A DNA stretch of 64,000 nucleotides from Lytechinus pictus (taxonomy: Eukaryota), in NCBI RefSeq assembly GCF_037042905.1, contig NC_087251.1:42224001-42288000 (forward strand). Direction: 5' to 3'. The notes below the pieces were generated by a model. That model made no database searches. It had not been told where the DNA came from and saw nothing but the letters and a program-made list of their open reading frames with translations. Shown piece after piece: positions 28,318-40,000 of this stretch. The position numbers and the translations under genes are program-made. The stretch's first letter is position 1, and every line of letters starts with the position of its first letter.

Positions 28318-29706
28318 CAGTGGCGTAGCTACGGGGGGGCCTGGGGGGGGCACGTGCCCCCCCTGAGATTTGGTGTGCCCCCCCAGGTGCCCCCCCAGAA
28401 AAAATTGGCAGAGCAAAAAAAAAAAGAAAAAAAAGGAGAAAGGAGAAAGAAAAAAGGAAAAGAAGAAAAGAAAAAAGGAAAAGAAGAAGAAAGACAGAAG
28501 TAAAAAGAAGAGGAAAATAAGAGGAGGAAGACGAGTGAATGAAATAATGTAAGGGGAAGACTTGCAATTAAAAAAAAAAAAAACTTTTCATGTTACTATA
28601 TAAATTTTTTGCCGGCGCTTCGCGCCAGAATTGCCTGTTCGATGGGATTCATATCTTGCTCAATAGGCTGATATGGAGCAAGTTTTGAAGTCAATATGCA
28701 AAACATATTTTAGCTCGGACATCGAGCTTTCATTATTTTTTTGCTCTGTAAAATGTCCGTTTTATGGTCTACATATCAGCATTTTAAGCTCACGCTGCGT
28801 GGTCACATTGTTTGATTTGCCAAGTTCATATTGTCTACGTGTATTCCATAATGTTCCATTAAACAAATGTATTCAGAATGCCCAGATTCTAGGTCTAAAT
28901 CTAAAACATGTGCGATAGCCTGCATGTTCTTTATTTAAAATGTACTTAATTAAATTATCCAGTTTCACATCAGAATATCAATAATTGTCTGCTCACGCTT
29001 CACGATCGCATTATTAATGATACCCAATTGACTATATCCTATTTATGACTTACAAAATATGAATAGAGTGTCCCGCTTTTAGGTCTAAAATCTCAATTTT
29101 CTTCCTCTCGCGTTTCGCGCTTGCATCAATTGTTTAGTTACATACCTATCCCATTTATTAATACAAAAAGTGCTTAGAATTACCATTTTTTTTAGGTCGG
29201 AATGTCAAAAAATTTGCTCGCGCTTCGCGCTCACATTATTGAAATATATACCGTCTTCGTGGGTAACTGTAAGCAGTCCTTAACAGGTCTCTTTTCGATA
29301 ATGCTAGAACAGTTGATAAAAATTTCAGTTCGCGCTTGGCGTTTGCAGTAACCATCTAGTTACATACGAATCTTGTTCAGGATCACACATAACATTGCCC
29401 AGAAAATTAGATTTTCAGGAAAAATACATTAAAGTAAAAATTAAAAAAAATCGCTCGCGCTTCACGCTCGCACTTTTTTTTATAAGGCATATGAGATTAT
29501 TTTATGTTTATGTTGTTTTATAAGAATAAAACTAAGAAGTGACTGATATAGGTGAAGATAATTTCGGGCACCGTCCCCTATTGGCGAAAGTCGGATCCGC
29601 CCTTGTGGACACATACACACACACCGGAAAAATGGCCGGTGGCCCCCCTGAAAAAGCAAGGACCCCCCAGTGCCCCCCCGAGAAAAAAATCCTAGCTACG
29701 CCACTG
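28318..29706. mobile_element. hAT-like non-autonomous element
   Basis: TIR CAGTGGCGTAGCTA; 8-bp TSD TTGGTGAG at 28310-28317 and 29707-29714. Confidence 0.88.
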
Positions 29707-31615
29707 TTGGTGAGCCTCCCGTTACACCATCAATGTTGAAATTTGTGTTATTTGGTGAACGTGCTGATTTTGTTCTTATAGGAACATAATAAATTCCCCA
29801 AAATCTGCAGGCCTATATGGCCCGAAAATAAAATATTGATTTAAAATGTCGAGAATATAGCCTAATTTGTTCAAACTTTTCAAAAATGACAGTTTTAATT
29901 CCCTTCACTTTAAGTTAGATTTGTTTTAATTCGCTTTTTAGGGGCCGTGTGTGCAATTAAAATAACAAACACACCTAAGCAAATTCGCTTTAACATACTG
30001 ATCAAAATAAAATACAGGGGGCGCGACCGGACCCCTCCCTGAAATGAAAATGAACATTACACATAATAAATGATTGTGATTTTATACACCCCATCACTTT
30101 CAAAATCATTCCGCGACGCCGTAACATAATATAATAATTTTGTTCATCCATGGAAATCTTATTTAAAAAAAACTGATCGAATAACCAAACTCAGGTCCAT
30201 AGGCCAGCAAATGACATTAAAGGAAGAAAACTAGAAAATCAAATTCAGTTATACTTTTAAAATGAAAAACAAAACTGGATATTCAAAACGCGTGTTTATC
30301 TGTTTATATGTTAGGCCGGTGCCAGTGCTTACAAATATTTGCCATAAAGTTCATTTATTCAAGCGACACAGACACAGTTAATTAACACAATTTCAAGGCA
30401 GGTATCAAATTTGAGATTAAATTAGGATTTTTAATATCTTATTCCAAGTATTGTCACTTTTGCAATATTATTGTTTCATAATTATGTTTGGTTTTAGTAC
30501 TCACAATTTTGCAACCGTTTTCATAATTATGATAAGTTTGCATTGATGTCTTTCATGATATTAGTTTTATACACTCTTGCAGTAGTAATAATATTCTTTA
30601 TAGTATAATACAAATTATATATCATAATCCCGCCCCTTTTCTTCTCTCCTTCTCCCCCTTCTTCCTCTCCTTATTATTCTATCCTTGATTTGTTCACATG
30701 ATATTGGTCCAATCATTATAGGATCAGAAACAACGGCGATAAACAAAATATTTCAGCCAGTTTGCCGATCAGCATATTTTCAGCCGGGGAGAATCAAGTC
30801 TATACTTTCCAGAAAATCAAAGTAAAATTGTTTTGCGCATTGTGATTTGTTTACTCTCCGAAGTTTTAAAATGTTTGCAAGGTAATAACACTGTACATAA
30901 ACATCCAACCCCCCATAATTAGGCCTCCTGTACATTGCAAAATTGTACGACTGCATGCGCGCATTTGATATGCAAATTTTGCTGTCAACAAACTTTTCTA
31001 TACATTGATCGCAAGTAAGAAAGTATACTTTTATATACATATTTATAAATATGATGGGATGGTTGCCAGCAAAGGAAATCTAAATCATCAATTTTTAACT
31101 GAATCAATGCGTAAATCATTTCCAAATATCAATAAAAAGTCATTTTATGATTCGCGAGTTTTTGTGATGTTGGTTTACATCAGCCGCGTGTAAGACATGG
31201 GGAAAAGGGATCGAGTTATTATAGGCCCTATTGTGTAGATATATATGGAAAATGAATTATAACAATTATCTAAAGTGAAGAAATAAATTATCAGCAATCA
31301 GCATAATAGTAATTAGGAAACTATGAACTATAAAAATACAATCGTGGTTTTTTTTTCGATACAGCGTCTCAGATGCATCAGACACTGTGATATGGCCTAT
31401 GAATTTTCTTAGGTTAATGTACATCAAATCATATTAAAACACATTAAATTTATTTATCAGGACCTAGGCCTAAATGTTATTTTTGATATTCATCTCTTCC
31501 AAATCATTAGAAAATAGAAGTCATATTAATGTATCGAAATTTTACCTAAGCAAAAACAATTGGGACTTTAAATCGTTTGCCTGTATTATAGCTGTATCGG
31601 CCTATATTATGCGCT

Positions 31616-32489
31616 TGTAGTGACTTGACTATATCTCTTTATATATATCTACATCTATATATTCTTTCCTTGTATATATATTCATTTATATTTCTACATT
31701 CTGTATATGTATATAAATTCTTTCTTTTATTTCCAATTTCATATATTCTCACTTGTTCACGCCATGTGTATGTACCACAATACTCTACATTCACAGAACA
31801 AGGCAATTCATTTCCTGCCCAGATCTACTTGGCAAACACATTTATATTGAGAAACAACCTTTCTTTTGTTCCTAGACTTGGAGCAAACATCCTTTCATTG
31901 TTCCTTGTTTATTGCAATGAACTTGCAGGTATATACAACATCACTACAGAGATGCTGGCATGTTTGCTTTTCTCACAGTCTACCTCTCTCTTCTTTGTTC
32001 TTTTCAACTGTGTTATGCCATCCTTTTGGCGCTTATTTCTTTGTCTCACCTTTTCTGATGTTGGTAAAAACAACTTGTTTTCTCCATCACATTATCACTC
32101 TACTCTCTGCCTTCGTCCTGTCCACTCATGCTGACCATCTCATCCCGCTGCTAGTGAGGATTGAATCAAATCTTGTGGAGGATCAACTTATACTTAATTA
32201 TTTCTCTACATTTTCCAATCTTATTCCTTACCGTCACTTCCACTCATTCGAAGTCTATATTCTCTGCATATTTAATGAGCTCATTACTTCGCGAGACATT
32301 TTGTGACATCTGTCCCTTTATCTACTGTATTTGAAATTGTGAAGTGTATATATTTCTATTCACGGATTTGTGCAATTTATCTGAGATTCTGAGCGGCTGG
32401 ACCACATTCTATCTTCTGGCGAGCAAGAATTAAGGTAGGACCTAACTTTTATATAAATATTAGGAGATCGGCTTTGCCAATTTCCTAAA
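31616..32489 (+). repeat. 5' LTR (874 bp)
   Basis: Direct repeat of 36223-37098; starts TGTAG and is followed by the PBS. Confidence 0.95.
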
Positions 32490-32490
32490 C

Positions 32491-32508
32491 TGGTGATCCC
32501 GACGTGAT
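32491..32508 (+). promoter_or_regulatory. Primer binding site, tRNA-Trp
   Basis: TGGTGATCCCGACGTGAT against the tRNA-Trp 3' complement TGGTGACCCCGACGTGAT (one G:U-type difference). Confidence 0.9.
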
Positions 32509-32645
32509 CCTGAAACCTTAATTTTCTTTTATCGCCTTCTATTCATTTCGCTATTTTCGCTTCCTCTCGAGCTCTCACTTCTCTATTCTCACTTCGCTAT
32601 TTTTTTGTTTCCTTTCTACTCCTCAATTTTTCTTAACCCTACAAC

Positions 32646-32942
32646 ATGACTATCCCTAATGTTTCTTCTACTCCTGAATCTTTCCTTTCTCCAATCGACC
32701 AACTCTCTGCGCAGGTTGACCAGCTCACAATGCAGATTCAAGCATTAACCATGCTGAAAAACCAGAGAGGGACTTGTAGTCGACAGCGCAAGTCGGTTTC
32801 ACGCGGCCTGCATCGCAGTGAACAGCATGCAGGTGCCCAGTGCTGGTATCACTGGAAACATGGGAGTAGTGCTCAAAAGTGCATTAGTCCTTGCTCTTTC
32901 TCAGCAAGACAAGCCCAGGGAAACGGTCCCGCCAAGGAATAG
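32646..32942 (+). CDS. gag: Truncated Gag: C-terminal coiled coil plus CHCC zinc knuckle only
   Basis: 98 aa from acaacATG, containing [18 protein letters not shown]. No capsid-like region lies between the PBS and this ORF. Confidence 0.8.
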   Translation: MTIPNVSSTPESFLSPIDQLSAQVDQLTMQIQALTMLKNQRGTCSRQRKSVSRGLHRSEQHAGAQCWYHWKHGSSAQKCISPCSFSARQAQGNGPAKE

Positions 32943-35900
32943 CGGCGACTAACCCCCTTGGCAGCACCCAACCCAGTCGCCTTTTCTTTGTCAACGATAA
33001 GTACACTGGTACACGCTATCTCGTCGACACAGGTGCTGAGGTGAGCATTTTCCCTCATTCAAAATTGGGAAAACCGGCTAGGGTTGACGCGACAAATATC
33101 CAACTACAGGCTGTAAATCGATCACCAATCAAGACTTTCGGACAAAAGTCTTTCACACTTGATCTCGGTTTACGGCGTGTTTTTCGCTGGATATTTGTTG
33201 TGACAGATATACCCACGCCGATTTTGGGTGCCGATTTTCTTGACCAATTTGGACTGTTGGTGGATATCAAACACCGCCGATTGATAGACACCAAAACCAC
33301 TCTAACAGTCCAGGGATGTGGTTCATATACAGGTACTATTAGCCCGATGTATGTTCAACACGACTCATCGGAGCGGTTTCACTCCATTCTCCGTCAATAT
33401 CCGGATATCACACGACCGGTTTACAAGCACTCAGGAGTGAAACATACTACCACGCATCACATCCCAACTCGAGGCCCGCCCGCGGCAGCGCGTCCTCGTC
33501 GACTTGCACCAGATCGTCAGAGAATTGCCCAAGCAGAGTTCGAGCACATGCTTGAACTTGGCATTATCCGACAATCTGAGAGCAACTTGTCAAGTCCATT
33601 GCACATGGTTCCCAAGAAGACGCCAGGGGACTGGCGGCCTTGTGGTGATTATCGCTTGCTCAACGCTCGCACGGTCCCGGATCGATACCCTATCCCACAC
33701 TTGCAAGATTTCTCTTCAACTCTTGCAGGTAAGACAATTTTTTCCAAAATTGATCTCGTTAGGGCATATCATCAGATCCCAGTCGAGCCTAGCGACATTC
33801 ACAAGACTGCCGTTACCACTCCATTCGGCTTATTCGAATTCGTTCGAATGCCATTCGGCCTTAGGAATGCAGCACAAACATTCCAGCGATTGATGGACAC
33901 CGTCATTCGCGGCCTCCCATTTGTCTATGTTTATCTGGATGATATACTGGTAGCCAGTTCCTCTAAGGATGAACATGTGACACATCTCCGTCAGCTTTTC
34001 GATCGCCTGCAGGAGTATGGCATCATCGTCAATCCCTCGAAATGTCAGTTTGGTGCTTCATCGCTTTCTTTCCTCGGACATATGGTGGACAACACCGGAA
34101 TCCGCCCGCTTAGCGACAAAGTGAAAATCATCCGTGATTTTCCCGCACCTACGTCACTCACCAAACTTCGAGAATTCCTGGGATTGATAAACTTCTACAG
34201 GCGATTCATTCCTCGTTGTGCAGAGGTGCTGCAACCACTGACTGATCTGTTGAAAAACAGAACAAAAAAGAACATGCCAATTGATCTTGGAGAGAAAGAG
34301 CTTCTTGCTTTCAATCATGCTAAAGATCAATTGGCTAACTCTACTGTTCTTGTGCACCCTCGCACTGATGTTCCCTTGTGCCTACTAGTCGACGCTTCTG
34401 ACGTAGGAGTTGGGGGAGCTATCCAACAACGAGTAGATGGAGTTTGGCAACCTCTGGCTTTCTTCTCTAAGAGGTTACAACCCGCTGAAACCAAATACAG
34501 CACTTTTGGTAGGGAGTTGCTTGCAGCATATCTGGGTATCAAGCACTTTCGCCATCTTCTTGAAGGTAGGTCATTTACTATCTACACTGACCACAAACCT
34601 CTTACCCATGCACTCAAATCGAAACCGGATAGGCATTCGCCACGTGAGATCCGACAACTCGATTTCATTTCTCAGTTCACTTCTGATATACAGCACATTT
34701 CAGGTAAGGAGAACACAGCAGTAGACGCTCTCTCTCGTCTGTATATTGACAGAGTTGATTCTTCCTCAATCATAGACTTTGCGGCCATCGCAAAAGATCA
34801 GGAAGATGAAACTGAGGTGAAAGACTCCTCACTTCAACTCAAGTCAATTGCTCTCCCAGGTTCTACCACTACCATTCTGTGCGATATATCAACTGGTACA
34901 GCCAGGCCTTTGGTACCAGTCAAACATAGAAGAGCTATTTTTGATTCCCTTCATGGACTTTCTCATCCAGGAATCAGAGCTACTCAAAAGCTCATTACAG
35001 AGCGCTTTGTTTGGCCTAGCATCAACGCTGATGTCAGAAAATGGGCCAAAACATGCCTCGAATGTCAAAAGTGTAAAGTACATCGGCACACCAAAGCACC
35101 ACTTGGTACTTTCACTTCACCTGATGCACGCTTCTCTCATGTGCACATTGATCTTGTTGGCCCGCTTCCTTCATCAGAGGGTAACAATTATCTTCTTACT
35201 TGTGTTGATCGCTACACCAGATGGCCAGAAGCTATCCCTATCCCAGACATCACTGCGGAGACGGTAGCGCGAGCATTTGTGGCCAGATGGGTAGCAGTGT
35301 TTGGCGCACCTACTACTCTCACAACTGACAGAGGTAGGCAATTTGAGTCAGCACTTTTCCTTGCACTCACCAACCTCCTCGGCACTAAACGCATCCGCAC
35401 AACAGCATACCATCCTGCCGCAAATGGTTTAGTGGAGCGTTTTCACCGCCAACTTAAAGCTTCTCTCAAGGCTCATAACAAGGTCCGTTGGACTGAGTCA
35501 CTCCCTTTAGTCTTGCTAGGTATACGCACAGCAATCAAGGCGGACATTGGATGCTCTGCAGCAGAACTAGTATTTGGGACTACAGTCACTCTACCTGCAC
35601 AATTTGTAGCTCCTTCACAAATTGATTCTGCCGATGACCCATCTAACTATGCCCACAGACTAAAGAGAATGATGCGGGAATTACATCCCACTCCTACTCG
35701 AAAACAGCAAACTCGAACACAGGTACATCCTGAACTCCATTCTTCATCTCACATCTTTCTTAGAGATGATACTGTTACAAAGCCATTGCAGCCTCCATAC
35801 AGAGGACCCTTCCGAGTCATCCGTCGCACTGACAAGTATTTTACCATCGATTATAATGGTAAACATGAAAATGTCAGTGTCGACAGACTGAAACCGGCTT

Positions 35901-36091
35901 TCATCGAGCAGGAGGCTACCACTCCATTTCATCATCAAGATCCACCTGACCAAGTTCATCAACAATCCAACTCCACGGACTTGGCAGGGGATCCTGATGA
36001 CGAGCATATGCCTCCCGAAATTCGTAAGACCCGTTCTGGTCGCCATGTCAGGTTTCCTGCCAAGTACGTTCAATTTTTCGGAGACGGTTGA
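32891..36091 (+). CDS. pol: Gypsy Pol polyprotein (protease-RT-RNase H-integrase), most likely expressed by -1 frameshift from gag
   Basis: Uninterrupted frame of about 1060 codons: LVDTGA protease, RMPFGL and YLDD RT, DAS...TDHKPL RNase H, H-x3-HPG...C-x2-C integrase zinc finger, DDE core ([22 protein letters not shown]), and GPF motif. Confidence 0.97.
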   Translation: MLFLSKTSPGKRSRQGIAATNPLGSTQPSRLFFVNDKYTGTRYLVDTGAEVSIFPHSKLGKPARVDATNIQLQAVNRSPIKTFGQKSFTLDLGLRRVFRWIFVVTDIPTPILGADFLDQFGLLVDIKHRRLIDTKTTLTVQGCGSYTGTISPMYVQHDSSERFHSILRQYPDITRPVYKHSGVKHTTTHHIPTRGPPAAARPRRLAPDRQRIAQAEFEHMLELGIIRQSESNLSSPLHMVPKKTPGDWRPCGDYRLLNARTVPDRYPIPHLQDFSSTLAGKTIFSKIDLVRAYHQIPVEPSDIHKTAVTTPFGLFEFVRMPFGLRNAAQTFQRLMDTVIRGLPFVYVYLDDILVASSSKDEHVTHLRQLFDRLQEYGIIVNPSKCQFGASSLSFLGHMVDNTGIRPLSDKVKIIRDFPAPTSLTKLREFLGLINFYRRFIPRCAEVLQPLTDLLKNRTKKNMPIDLGEKELLAFNHAKDQLANSTVLVHPRTDVPLCLLVDASDVGVGGAIQQRVDGVWQPLAFFSKRLQPAETKYSTFGRELLAAYLGIKHFRHLLEGRSFTIYTDHKPLTHALKSKPDRHSPREIRQLDFISQFTSDIQHISGKENTAVDALSRLYIDRVDSSSIIDFAAIAKDQEDETEVKDSSLQLKSIALPGSTTTILCDISTGTARPLVPVKHRRAIFDSLHGLSHPGIRATQKLITERFVWPSINADVRKWAKTCLECQKCKVHRHTKAPLGTFTSPDARFSHVHIDLVGPLPSSEGNNYLLTCVDRYTRWPEAIPIPDITAETVARAFVARWVAVFGAPTTLTTDRGRQFESALFLALTNLLGTKRIRTTAYHPAANGLVERFHRQLKASLKAHNKVRWTESLPLVLLGIRTAIKADIGCSAAELVFGTTVTLPAQFVAPSQIDSADDPSNYAHRLKRMMRELHPTPTRKQQTRTQVHPELHSSSHIFLRDDTVTKPLQPPYRGPFRVIRRTDKYFTIDYNGKHENVSVDRLKPAFIEQEATTPFHHQDPPDQVHQQSNSTDLAGDPDDEHMPPEIRKTRSGRHVRFPAKYVQFFGDG
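32918..32960 (+). promoter_or_regulatory. -1 ribosomal frameshift signal (G GGA AAC plus candidate pseudoknot)
   Basis: The heptamer is in the gag frame and pol is in the -1 frame. Downstream CCGC/GCGG and CAAGG/CCTTG pairings are possible. Confidence 0.75.
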
Positions 36092-36222
36092 AACATGTCT
36101 CAAAATTCACTAGTGTTTCCACTCCTTTTATTCTCTTGTTTTATATAGCCAAGTTCCCTTTTACTTTCCTTTGTCGATTTGTTACTACATTTCTATTCGG
36201 TACAAATCTAGGGGGGAGCTAC

Positions 36223-37098
36223 TGTAGTGACTTGACTATATCTCTTTATATATATCTACATCTATATATTCTTTCCTTGTATATATATTCATTTATATTT
36301 CTACATTCTGTATATGTATATAAATTCTTTCTTTTATTTCCAATTTCATATATTCTCACTTGTTCACGCCATGTGTATGTACCACAATACTCTACATTCA
36401 CAGAACAAGGCAATTCATTTCCTGCCCAGATCTACTTGGCAAACACATTCTTATATTGAGAAACAACCTTTCTTTTGTTCCTAGACTTGGAGCAAACATC
36501 CTTTCATTGTTCCTTGTTTATTGCAATGAACTTGCAGGTATATACAACATCACTACAGAGATGCTGGCATGTTTGCTTTTCTCACAGTCTACCTCTCTCT
36601 TCTTTGTTCTTTTCAACTGTGTTATGCCATCCTTTTGGCGCTTATTTCTTTGTCTCACCTTTTCTGATGTTGGTAAAAACAACTTGTTTTCTCCATCACA
36701 TTATCACTCTACTCTCTGCCTTCGTCCTGTCCACTCATGCTGACCATCTCATCCAGCTGCTAGTGAGGATTGAATCAAATCTTGTGGAGGATCAACTTAT
36801 ACTTAATTATTTCTCTACATTTTCCAATCTTATTCCTTACCGTCACTTCCACTCATTCGAAGTCTATATTCTCTGCATATTTAATGAGCTCATTACTTCG
36901 CGAGACATTTTGTGACATCTGTCCCTTTATCTACTGTATTTGAAATTGTGAAGTGTATATATTTCTATTCACGGATTTGTGCAATTTATCTGAGATTCTG
37001 AGCGGCTGGACCACATTCTATCTTCTGGCGAGCAAGAATTAAGGTAGGACCTAACTTTTATATAAATATTAGGAGATCGGCTTTGCCAATTTCCTAAA
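36223..37098 (+). repeat. 3' LTR (876 bp)
   Basis: Preceded by the PPT and followed by the TSD CGCT. Confidence 0.95.
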
Positions 37099-40000
37099 CG
37101 CTATATAGATAGGCCTATATTTTTGACCTCAGTTTTGCTAGATTTTTGTTGTATTTGAACTTTAATCCAGTGCAATATTTACAATTTTGCTTCTCCATAT
37201 GCTTTCGTGCTCATATGTCATCAATTTGTCATGTTCTGTGCTCATCCGTGTACATGCCCCATAGGTACTGTACGCGCATGGCAGGCTGCGAATACCTATC
37301 GAGCAATGGCGGACGGTCTCCACGTAATCACAGCGATTTGACGAAGTACGCCCTCTAGCGTTACTAGTATACATCTCTATGGTCCCCCCTTTAAACAAAC
37401 ATCAATAATTTCCGAACCAATGCGAGTTTTTAATATATTTTTACATGAGCGTGTAGGTAATTTTATAAGCTACCCTCTGAGTAAACGTTATGGACGTATT
37501 TTACTTCATGGTTCAGTGAGCACCGTCAGAAGGCAAAAATGTCACTTTTCAAAAGTCACAAGCCAAATATCATGACTTTGATTCCATTTTATTGGAACTA
37601 ATTCCACATTCTCATCATAAAAAAATAGTCAGAAGGCTTGTAAAAGGTACTCTCTAAAAGACGATACAACTTTTTTGGGTTAAATTTCACGGTTGAATAA
37701 ACACAAGTCCAAATTTGCTATAATTGGATTTTTTACACATTTATGTCAATAAAAATGATAGAATATGATGACAGTTATTTTTGGAAGAGTTTCTTCAACA
37801 ATATTCATCGTTTCACGGTTCAATGAACATTTATGGAAAACAAAAAATACGATTTTCAAATAAGTATTGGTTCATTTTGAGAACTGAAAATGATCTTTTC
37901 TCAACTTTTTCGTTATGTTCATGACCAATTAACATGCTTCAATGATTCAAAGGCGTTTAATTAAATATCCACGCTTGAATGAACATGTGGAATGCGATTA
38001 GCTCTTTTTTACGTTATTGGAAAAAATGCAATTTGTTACTATGGATATCTGTCACAAACCTCCTTGCATAGTTCATTTGATTTGATTTTTATGAAAATCA
38101 CGATGTTTAATGCATCAGTGAGCACACAATATTAGAAAATTATGCAAATGAGAAGAAAGTTCAAGGCCTTGGCCCCACTCTGTGTCGTATCGAATGGTTA
38201 TTTTGGTGTGCGCGCCTTTTGGATAGTGTTACTCTGAAGCCATGTACGAAGTTTCATGAAATAAATATTGGCAGAAGTAACAAAATCCGTCCATGAAACA
38301 AACCCTCATTTCATATTTGTTAAAATTTTGACTTCGTCTCTCATAGACTTGTGTACATTATGGGTGCATAATATGTTTAAGAATAAGTAACCCCTTATTC
38401 AATATGGTGGATCTTTTTTTCACGGCTGTCTTTAGCAATGTAACTTGGCAGTAATGTTTATCAACCTATGGGCAGAATTCTGTGCAAATATGAAATCGAT
38501 TTGGTTATTTATGGATGAGATAGCACGCATCAAAGTGGGAAAATTTGTATTTTCAATGTCACAGACTCATTTTAAAGGGTAATAAAGTGAATATTGGGGG
38601 CAAATTCGGTTTCAAATAAGACTTAAATTGCTATTGTTTTATCATCCATCATTTCTGTCACTTTTCGAACTTTAAACATTTTCATGGTTGAGCAAGCACA
38701 TTCGAAAACTTAGGAATGAATACTCTTTATACTGCATAAATGTATTCTTTTCCTAACAATTTCTCATGATCAGTTTAATTTATGGACAAATCAGTGGTGG
38801 GTCCAGAATTTTAAAATGGGGGAGGGGCCTATAATCTGGGTAGCCACCAACATTTTCAAATTTTAACATGATCTAACAAGTTGTAGAGGATACTACCATA
38901 AACCCCTATGATGATACGTCACAATACAGGGGCCGGGGAAGGGTTTTCAAAGTGGGGGGGGGGGGCTGACCATGCAAAAAATCACAATCGTATGGTCATT
39001 TTTACATTTTTGTACATGCTTTTGGAAAAAAGTGGGGGGGACTGAAGCTCCCCGCCCAGCCCCCCTCGCTTCCGCAGCCCCTGCAATACATTGTGCTCAC
39101 TCAACCATGAACATATGATATCAAAATTGTGTGTGGAGTGTCCAAATGATGGATATTAAAACAGCATAACACCATAAAAATCACCTAAAGACAACATTTG
39201 CCCAACTTTGTATTTTCACAATCTGAAAAGCGACTCTTGTGACTTTCAAAAATGGTCATTTTTAATTCAATCTTTAATTACTCATGCATGACTCAACCGA
39301 TCAATCTTATATTTCACCAGGAGTTGCTTAATGAGTGTAAAAAACCACCTACGGAATATCATATCTAAAAATAATTCCGTTCAAAAGTTACAGCAATTTG
39401 ATTTAGGGAGGACTTACTTTTTTTTGTTGTGTATAGATATAGATAGGCCTAGGGGCCTAGATGGATGGATTGATAGATAGATAGATAGTTAGATAGATTT
39501 TTTATTTATTTAGGAGCCTCCCAAGAAGCAAAAATCAGGGGTTAATGACCGGGCCGGGGGAGGGGGGGGGGGGGGGGCAAGAACCCTAAATTTCCCGGTC
39601 ATAATTAATGATAATAATTATGTGAACATGATTTTTTTATAATCTGCGAGAGTGCTAGCGCAAAGCTCTCTGCGGCAGGAGCGTGATGAGTAAAAAAAAG
39701 AGGGGCACAGCATATGGCGCGTGTGGCAAAATTTGTAGATGAAAGAGTCACGAGTGAGAGAGCAAACATTTCACCTTTTCATAATAATCTAACCTTGTGA
39801 AGATTAACATTTAATCTTACACTTTTTCCTTTCCTTTTCAGTCTTTTCTCCGTTTTCTGTTCTTGGTCGTAGAACCCTGGACCTATACTGCATATAAAAC
39901 CATGCTAGTCAGTATGACCAAACTGAGTTTAGGAGTGTAGAATACCTCCAAAGTAAACCCTTCCTTACGCAAGTTATTGCTTGAAATTTTGCAAGCCCAT

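Larger units (their letters stand above)
31616..37098 (+). mobile_element. Ty3/Gypsy LTR retrotransposon, CsRn1/Kabuki/Boudicca-like clade, recent insertion
   Basis: LTRs at 31616-32489 and 36223-37098 are nearly identical; I see only a 2-bp indel and one substitution. TSD is CGCT (31612-31615 and 37099-37102). The PBS TGGTGATCCCGACGTGAT at 32491 is complementary to tRNA-Trp, and the PPT AGGGGGGAG is at 36210. Gag has a CHCC knuckle. Confidence 0.97.
27578..37381. mobile_element. Non-autonomous P-element-like TIR transposon with 8-bp TSD
   Basis: Perfect 17-bp TIR CATAGAGATGTATACTA with extended imperfect subterminal similarity. TSD GTCCCCCC at 27570-27577 and 37382-37389. The P assignment is inferred from the CATAG terminus and the 8-bp TSD. 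Confidence 0.8.
27553..39431. mobile_element. Non-autonomous TIR DNA transposon with TA TSD (Tc1/mariner-like), outermost element of the nest
   Basis: The left end CACAACAAAAAAAGTAAGTCC matches the reverse complement of the right end GGACTTACTTTTTTTTGTTGTG. TA flanks both ends. Confidence 0.8.

Noticed and set aside
31625..32306. Hydrophobic 146-169 aa ORFs (and their copies at 36088-36915) as a possible env
   Set aside because: They lie within the T-rich LTRs, have no env motifs, and the 2-bp indel between LTRs breaks one frame.
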